IMG/VR virus record: IMGVR_UViG_3300035698_018616
Origin: a virus
Length of the DNA: 64,000 bases
Direction: 5' to 3' (one strand)
In this document: in pieces, positions 57,997 through 64,000 of the stretch
How the letters are laid out: each line of letters starts with the position of its first letter
How positions within the stretch are numbered: the first letter of the stretch is position 1
Program-made: the position numbers and the translations under genes
Notes under the pieces: model-generated
Told to the model about the DNA's origin: nothing
What the model saw: only the letters and a program-made list of their open reading frames with translations
Database searches by the model: none

Positions 57997-58025
57997 TTGA
58001 CAAAGGGGATTTTTTGATGTAGTAT
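57997..58025 (+). promoter_or_regulatory. Promoter TTGACA-17-TAGTAT
   Basis: Consensus match. Confidence 0.78.
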
Positions 58026-58032
58026 GTTTATA

Positions 58033-58141
58033 GATGATGTGATGTAGGGGGATAATAATGCATCTACTTGGCCTACGGGCCGGCGATAAAGCATTCTACG
58101 TAGAATGCTGATACCCTGTCGGGGCAGAACCGACCATCATC
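58033..58141 (+). ncRNA. Structured small RNA candidate
   Basis: GATGATG/CATCATC closing stem stacked on GTCGG-7nt-CCGAC; GGCC-TACG-GGCC; AGCATTCTA-CG-TAGAATGCT; starts ~7 nt after the -10 box. Confidence 0.6.
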
Positions 58142-58186
58142 TTTACAATATTAACCTTTTTGAAATGTTTATAAGAGGAGATTTAG

Positions 58187-58453
58187 ATGGCATATAATAA
58201 AGGTCTTGACAAAGTACTGTATGAGGCGAATATCCACAGTGAGGATGGGACCATTTTGAAGGTTTCTGTTTACTCCTACAATGGTGGAGACAATAAGTTA
58301 CAGATTGGACCTAGAACCTACACCAAGAAAAACGGTGAAGAAGGGTTCAGGAAGGCTGGAAGAATTAGTGAAGGGGAAGTTGAGAAGCTGGTTGACATCC
58401 TACCCGCTATAAGTTCTTACCTGAGTGGGGGCCAATTGACAGTTAGAGGTTAA
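58187..58453 (+). CDS. PC4/YdbC-like ssDNA-binding protein
   Basis: LKVSVYSYNGGDNKLQI...FRKAGRISEGEVEKL. Confidence 0.7.
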   Translation: MAYNKGLDKVLYEANIHSEDGTILKVSVYSYNGGDNKLQIGPRTYTKKNGEEGFRKAGRISEGEVEKLVDILPAISSYLSGGQLTVRG

Positions 58454-58465
58454 TTTTTGTGTAAA

Positions 58466-58552
58466 ATCTTGGAGTAAAGTGGCGTATCGGTCTGTATGGT
58501 AATTAGTATTGAAGAAGGTACCTCTGATGAGTGCGACCATACACTCCAAGAT
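58466..58552 (+). ncRNA. Structured RNA candidate
   Basis: ATCTTGGAGT/ACTCCAAGAT and GTATGGT/ACCATAC stems. Confidence 0.5.
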
Positions 58553-58575
58553 ATTATTAAACAGGCACATAAGAG

Positions 58576-58687
58576 TAATCAATAGATATTTGTGATACCA
58601 GAGTGGCGATCCGTCTGGTTGAAAGAGCAATCGGAAAAGAGTCATAACCTTATCATTACACATCAGAACTATAATAACTATTGATTA
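58576..58687 (+). ncRNA. Structured RNA candidate
   Basis: TAATCAATAG/CTATTGATTA and ACCAGA/TCTGGT stems. Confidence 0.5.
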
Positions 58688-58950
58688 TGTACAGCTTTTA
58701 TGTGTCTATTTAATAATTTGAAAAAGAGAGGCCTAAATGTACTTAGAAATTGAAAAAGAACTCAAGAAGCGATATCCTGGAAACAAAGGTAAAATAAACC
58801 AATGTGAAGAATGCAACAGATATGTCAATATTACTGTTGTTATTGGGGAAGCCTCTACTCGGGGGTCAATTTTACGAGAAGATAGTGCAACAACAGAAGT
58901 ATGTAAGACTTGTTTGCAAAAGGCATTACAACTAATTGAAAAGGAGGAAT

Positions 58951-59295
58951 AGGATGGGTGGTCAAGATTTTAGTAAATTTTATATTGGTAAATTATCCCC
59001 TGAAGATGCTTTTAGAGAGTTAAAGGAATCTGCTGCTTATGAAGATGGTCATGGTGGATATACTGGTACCATTGCAGAAAAAGATGGTTTTATCATGAAA
59101 GAATACCCACCAAGAAAAAACCCTTCTGACTATGCAGGTGAAATCATTGGAGATAACGATAAGTGGGGATCCGCCTATTGTATTGAAATTAAAAGGTCCT
59201 ATTTAGCAGAGGTGAAAAAGAATCCTCATAATTCATGGTGTAAAGGGAAAAGGGGGATAAGAGCATACATCTTTTTTGGCATTGCGTCAAGTTAA
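58951..59295 (+). CDS. Hypothetical protein
   Basis: GGAGG RBS; MGGQDF...GHGGYTGTIAEKDGF. Confidence 0.7.
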   Translation, partial: RMGGQDFSKFYIGKLSPEDAFRELKESAAYEDGHGGYTGTIAEKDGFIMKEYPPRKNPSDYAGEIIGDNDKWGSAYCIEIKRSYLAEVKKNPHNSWCKGKRGIRAYIFFGIASS

Positions 59296-59632
59296 AAGGA
59301 GAGTTGTATTATGACTTGGACTGAAAAAGAATTAGAAATTTTAGAGTTGACAGATTTAGAACAAAAAGCGTATAATGAATATATGACTGAGAAATTGAAG
59401 AAGCGGTTGAAAAAGAAAGCCAAAAATAAAAAGTCTAAAAAGTCACGGAGGAAAAATAGAAAATGATGACAATGAATGATGTGATATTGTTCACTACATG
59501 GTTGGACGGTGTGACCTATACTGATACCTGGAGTTTCATTTTTTTCATCATAGCGTTTACATCTGCATTGATATTTGATACTTTAAGGTTATTTGATACT
59601 TTAAGGTTAACAGTTTCACCAAGGAGAAATGT

Positions 59633-60046
59633 GTGATGTACATACCAACCGATGAATTAATAGACCTTGTAGAGCAAGAAAAGTTAAAAGAAAGGACCTA
59701 TATGGATTTATTGAGAGACATCAAAGTAATCTTTTTAGGCGATAACAGTTATAATGAATTGCTGGATACTATTAAAAATGCTGGTTGTCATGTGCCTGAT
59801 TTGAAAAGTAATTTAGCGTTTGCTATTGATAGTACTGTTCCTATGATAGTGTTTAAAGAGGTCGTTAAGGACCTTTCAGAGGATGAGCAAAGGGCTATCA
59901 TAGCACATGAGGTTGCTCACCTTGTTGGTATCAAGGACGAAGAGGATGCAGATAGATGGGCTGTTTCTGCGTTGACAACTGAATCTGAAAAGGATGTACT
60001 TAGGAATCAATGGGAATACAGGCATGGTTGTGAATATGAGGAGTAG
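59633..60046 (+). CDS. HExxH zinc-metallopeptidase-like protein
   Basis: RAIIAHEVAHLVG...EEDADRWA. Confidence 0.7.
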   Translation: MMYIPTDELIDLVEQEKLKERTYMDLLRDIKVIFLGDNSYNELLDTIKNAGCHVPDLKSNLAFAIDSTVPMIVFKEVVKDLSEDEQRAIIAHEVAHLVGIKDEEDADRWAVSALTTESEKDVLRNQWEYRHGCEYEE

Positions 60047-60315
60047 AAATTATGGATAAAAAAGTGTATTGTAAAGAATGTAGATATGATAATATATGGA
60101 ATGATGGTTGTTCACATTCTTCTGTTATAAAATATGAGCATACACCTTATCAAAAAACGGCTATATATGGTGATATCAAGGTACTCAATAAGGATAATCA
60201 TTGTGAGTTGTATGAAAAATATGAAGCACCAAAGGTTGATAGAAAAATGAGGTTTTGGGCACGCTGGTATAATTCTATGGGTATAAAGCCCTGTGTTTAA
60301 ATAGAGGTGATTATT

Positions 60316-60465
60316 ATGAAGGTAAACAAAAAACAAATAAATAAATTCTTTAAGGATATGAAGGTGGTGCCCGCAAAAGAATGGCGGATAACCACTTCCA
60401 GAGTAATCCATAGAGACAAAAAGAAACAAGCTAACAAATATGCTTGTCGAAAGGGAGTAATATGA
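60316..60465 (+). CDS. Small basic protein (49 aa; not in ORF track)
   Basis: GAGGTG RBS; MKVNKKQINKFFKDMKVVPAKEWRITTSRVIHRDKKKQANKYACRKGVI. Confidence 0.6.
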   Translation: MKVNKKQINKFFKDMKVVPAKEWRITTSRVIHRDKKKQANKYACRKGVI

Positions 60466-60607
60466 TATGGTTAGAGCTTGGAGTTATTGCCTTGATAGTT
60501 ATTTGTGTGGCTATGAAATTTTACAATATAGGCTATAATGAATGCATAGATGACTACAATGAGGTGTATGATTTTAAAGACGAAGAAGTGGAAAGGGAGG
60601 GAGAGTA

Positions 60608-60802
60608 ATGGAAATAGAATCTACAGTATTAGTTAGGGAATGGTACCGAAATAATAAACTTCATAGAGAAGACGGTCCTGCTATAGAATGCGCAAATGGT
60701 GATAAGTATTGGTATTTGAATGGTGTAGAATTAACCTATATGGAATTCCTTAACCGTACCAAGCCTAAAGAATGTTTAAAGGAGAGTAATGGAAACAACT
60801 AA
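60608..60802 (+). CDS. LHREDGPA repeat-family protein (1 unit)
   Basis: KLHREDGPAIECANGDKYWYLNG. Confidence 0.75.
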   Translation: MEIESTVLVREWYRNNKLHREDGPAIECANGDKYWYLNGVELTYMEFLNRTKPKECLKESNGNN

Positions 60803-61297
60803 ATTTGAAGTGAATCAGTATCATTATGATGGTTTTGAGGATTACACCGATATCAAAAATGCTATAATGACCAAATGGCAAAACGGTGAGGGTCTTGATG
60901 TATATATAGCAAGGAGAAATCTACCCGATGTCAATGTGTCCTTAACTTGGGATAATATTTCACTTTTCAGGAAAATATTTTCGGATTTTGAAAATTAAAA
61001 AATTAAAAGATTGACATAATGATTCCAATGGTTTAGAATGGTAGTTAAGTGAGGTTGGAAAAAATGAATTGTAACAAATGTGGTAAAGAATTGGATTCTA
61101 TGAGGCAAATGTTAGCACAGTTAGATCCCGAAGTAGGAACCGTTTGTATAGAGTGTTACAACCTTTCCTTAATAGAAAAATCGAATAAACTAAAGGAAGA
61201 AATTGATAAATTAATTAAAAATAAGTTGACGAATTCACAATAATGTGATACCTTGGTTTTACTGAGGAAGATTAAATTAAAAGAGGAGGATGTGTAC

Positions 61298-61570
61298 ATG
61301 AATAAAGCAGATTTGACTAATTTTGTGGCAGAGGACACAGGGATGACCAAGAAAGATGCCCGGATTGCAGTAAATAGTGTAGTTTCAGGTATCAGAAATG
61401 GTCTCGTTGAAGACGACAAGGTTACGCTCGTAGGTTTCGGAACCTTTTCCAAGGCTGACAGGGCCGCTCGTAAAGGCCGTAACCCTAAAACCGGGGAAGC
61501 TATTGATATCCCCGCCAAGACAGTACCGAAGTTCAAGGCTTCTAAGGCTCTTAAAGAAGCCGTAGCGTAA
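61298..61570 (+). CDS. hup: HU / IHF-family DNA-binding protein
   Basis: MNKADL, VTLVGFGTF, RAARKGRNPKTGEAIDIPA..VPKFKASKALK. Confidence 0.97.
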   Translation: MNKADLTNFVAEDTGMTKKDARIAVNSVVSGIRNGLVEDDKVTLVGFGTFSKADRAARKGRNPKTGEAIDIPAKTVPKFKASKALKEAVA

Positions 61571-61587
61571 AAGCAGTAAGCCTAAAG

Positions 61588-61630
61588 ATGATGCCGGAAT
61601 TAATATACACTTTTAGTTCCGGCATTTTTT
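61588..61630 (+). terminator. Intrinsic terminator after HU
   Basis: ATGCCGGAA/TTCCGGCAT + T-run. Confidence 0.75.
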
Positions 61631-61932
61631 GCTAAAAGATGTTTACAACCTCATGAAATTGTTGTATAATGTATAAAATAATGCAAATGTGGGGGTATTA
61701 AAATGATGGATATTTCTTTGAGTGATATTAAAAAATGTGTTGTAAATGCTATCATAAAAAAGGCTGATATTGAACCTGAGTTCTTACAAGTATACGTTAA
61801 TGGTTATGATGTCAATTTTGATATCGACCTGGATGACATGTTGAGAGATTTCAAGACTGATATTGATACCTTTATTGATGATAATGTATATGGTATAGAG
61901 GATTATCAGAGTGACTTAAAAGAGGAAGAAGG

Positions 61933-62337
61933 ATGATAGAATATATAGTAAAGGTATATAATGATAAAACTGAGCATTGGTTCCTAAATGGTAAACTTCA
62001 TAGGGAAGATGATCTACCTGCTATGAAATGTGCTAATGGTGATAAGGAATGGTGGTTGAATGGTGTACTTTATAGGGAAGACGGTCTACCTGCTGTAGAA
62101 TGTGCTAATGGTGATAAGGAATGGTGGTTGAATGGTGTACTTTATAGGGAAGACGGTCTACCTGCTGTAGAATGTGCTAATGGTAGGAAATATTGGTTCT
62201 TTGAAGGTGAAATATTAACCGAAGAGGGGTTCCTTAACAGAACAACTAAGCCCAAACCTAAGAATTCTAAATTGGTGAAATGCTTAAAGGAATTGTTAGC
62301 ATGTTTAGATGATCCAGAAATACGAATAAGTATCTAA
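61933..62337 (+). CDS. LHRED repeat-family protein (3 x 24-aa; perfect 72-bp tandem repeat 62027-62184)
   Basis: NGDKEWWLNGVLYREDGLPAVECA x2 identical. Confidence 0.85.
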   Translation: MIEYIVKVYNDKTEHWFLNGKLHREDDLPAMKCANGDKEWWLNGVLYREDGLPAVECANGDKEWWLNGVLYREDGLPAVECANGRKYWFFEGEILTEEGFLNRTTKPKPKNSKLVKCLKELLACLDDPEIRISI

Positions 62338-62376
62338 ATCATAAAAGGCTAATCAATTGGAAGAAAGGGAGTATAC

Positions 62377-62789
62377 ATGATGGGTGGATTTGATATAGGT
62401 GAACAATTTTTTCATATAGTGGAATTTGAGGTAGGTAAAAAAATTGATGCTTATTTCGAAACACCCGAAGGTAAAGAAGATATTGAGGGATTGGTAGAGT
62501 ATCTTCAAGACATAGAAGGTAACCTATATAAGCATCTGAAGAAATTGATAAAAAATGTTGAGGAGATGGAATAATGGGTGGGTTTAATATAAGTGAACAA
62601 TTTTTAAATTATGTAGAAGGGTCTGGTATAGGAGAAGGTTTAGATATCTATTGGAAAGATAAAAAAGGTAGAAAAGAGATAGATAAACACCTTGATGAAA
62701 TGGATAAAATAGAAAGTAGAATGAAGAAACTTGTGGGTATTCTCACGAAGAAAATAAATGATTTTATGGAGGTTAAAGATAATGAGTAA
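62377..62789 (+). other. Tandem paralogous small ORFs (62377-62574, 62574-62789)
   Basis: MGGFDIGEQF / MGGFNISEQF ... EG(K/R)E(D/E)I. Confidence 0.75.
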
Positions 62790-63681
62790 AAGTGATATAT
62801 GGACCTTCATACATGAACCTAAAGAATTTAAGGACCTAATTCTCAATAAGGACATAAAACCTAAGTTAAAAAAGGCACTTAAAGAGGTCCCTAATCTTCT
62901 ATTATATGGTAAACCTGGTGTTGGTAAGGGAACGTTTACCCATATGCTATTGAGGAAAACGGCTTATGATTATTTATGGGTTAATGCTTCTGATGATACG
63001 GGCATTGATACTATGAGGGATAAAATCAAATCGTTTGCTACTTCAATGGGCATAACACCCCTAAAGGTTGTTGTATTAAATGAAGCGGATTCACTTTCAT
63101 CAGGTCAGCAAGGTGCTCAAAAAATGCTGAGGCAATTGATGGAGGACGTTCAAAAGATTACCCGTTTTATACTACTTGCCAATTATGAACACCTATTCAT
63201 ACCTGAAATTAAATCCCGTTGTCAAGTTATAGAAATGTCAAATCCCCCTGGTGGAGAGATTTATAAACTTTGTGAAAAAATATTGAAATCCGAAAGAGTT
63301 AAATACGATAAGAAAACGTTGATAAATATAGTTAAAAAATGCTATCCTGATATAAGGAGCACAATTTGGGGCATACAAGGAAACACCATTAATAACGTGC
63401 TCAAAAGTGATATCATATCAAGGTCAGAAGAAGTATTCAAAGAAATTTTAGAGATGATAAAGAATGGTGATCTTGATAGTTTAAGAAAATCGTTAAGAAG
63501 TAATGTGATTGATTATATTGGTTTGTATGGGTTCTTATTTGATAATGCTGGGGAATTTAAGTCTCCAGGTGACGCTATTATAGAGATAGGGGAACATCTT
63601 TATAGGAATGATAGTATGGCAATAAAGGAAATCAACCTGATCCACATGGCAGTCAAAATGATGAAAGGAGGGGTAATATGA
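62782..63681 (+). CDS. Sliding-clamp loader ATPase subunit (T4 gp44 / RFC-small-like)
   Basis: PNLLLYGKPGVGKGT, NASDDTGID, NEAD, IKSRC, YPDIR. Confidence 0.92.
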   Translation: MSKSDIWTFIHEPKEFKDLILNKDIKPKLKKALKEVPNLLLYGKPGVGKGTFTHMLLRKTAYDYLWVNASDDTGIDTMRDKIKSFATSMGITPLKVVVLNEADSLSSGQQGAQKMLRQLMEDVQKITRFILLANYEHLFIPEIKSRCQVIEMSNPPGGEIYKLCEKILKSERVKYDKKTLINIVKKCYPDIRSTIWGIQGNTINNVLKSDIISRSEEVFKEILEMIKNGDLDSLRKSLRSNVIDYIGLYGFLFDNAGEFKSPGDAIIEIGEHLYRNDSMAIKEINLIHMAVKMMKGGVI

Positions 63682-63899
63682 GAGGAGAAAATGTAATATT
63701 AGGCATAGGGGGATCATTATGGATGATACTTAGTTGTGTTGGTGCTGCTCAGTTCCCTACTTTAATTTTTTTAGTGTTGAAATTAACAAGTACAATAGCT
63801 TGGTCATGGTTGTGGGTACTTTCTCCATTATGGATTGCTGGTGGTTTGGGTATACTTCTATCAATAATAATGCTGTTCTTTTTTTTAAAGAATATGTAG
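63678..63899 (+). CDS. Small membrane protein (paralog of 42422..42697)
   Basis: LKLTSTIAWSWLWVLSPLW. Confidence 0.75.
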   Translation: MRGENVILGIGGSLWMILSCVGAAQFPTLIFLVLKLTSTIAWSWLWVLSPLWIAGGLGILLSIIMLFFFLKNM

Positions 63900-64000
63900 A
63901 AAGGTAGTATGATATAATGCCCTTAAAAGAATACAAAGAAACAGAATATGAAGCAAAAGTAAGGGAATATGTGGAGCAGGAATTTATCTTTACTGTAAAT

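Noticed and set aside
58524-58531. CTGATGAG hammerhead-core-like sequence
   Set aside because: There is no correctly placed GAAA or stem II/III geometry; CTAATGAG in element D fails for the same reason.

Overview
This is a 64-kb AT-rich segment of a large T4-like (myovirus-type) phage genome. It carries gp61 primase, gp32 SSB, RNase H, a gp44 clamp loader, class II RNR (NrdJ), ThyA, an NAD-dependent ligase, HU, several homing endonucleases and TATAAATA late promoters. Genes run on the minus strand from 1 to ~55.9 kb and on the plus strand from ~57.1 kb. A repeat-rich non-coding divergence zone (~55.9-57.1 kb) separates the two. A Desulfobacterota/deltaproteobacterial-like host is inferred, with low to moderate confidence, from the tmRNA tag, the PC4-like protein, the ThyA type and DUF5320. 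The window is dominated by RNA biology: a tmRNA, ~35 tRNA/tRNA-like genes covering all 20 amino acids (35.1-49.0 kb plus one at 57.3 kb), an RNA-repair set (RtcB, Rnl2-type ligase, metallophosphoesterase, cyclic-phosphate-processing receiver-like protein), and ~15 unannotated structured ncRNA candidates. The top finding is a trp-like attenuator at the head of the tRNA array. It consists of a promoter, an RBS, a 34-codon leader using 29 different codons/18 amino acids, an antiterminator strand 2 nt after the stop codon, and an intrinsic terminator just before the first tRNA. This would switch on the phage tRNA operon when translation stalls for lack of almost any tRNA. Other highlights are a two-member family of long tRNA-like ncRNAs, a back-to-back array of four structured RNAs (two of them paralogous), D-armless Tyr/Arg tRNAs, an anticodon-armless tRNA and a tRNA-like shell enclosing a small ORF. 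All calls were made by eye without database searches; RNA coordinates may be off by 1-2 nt.
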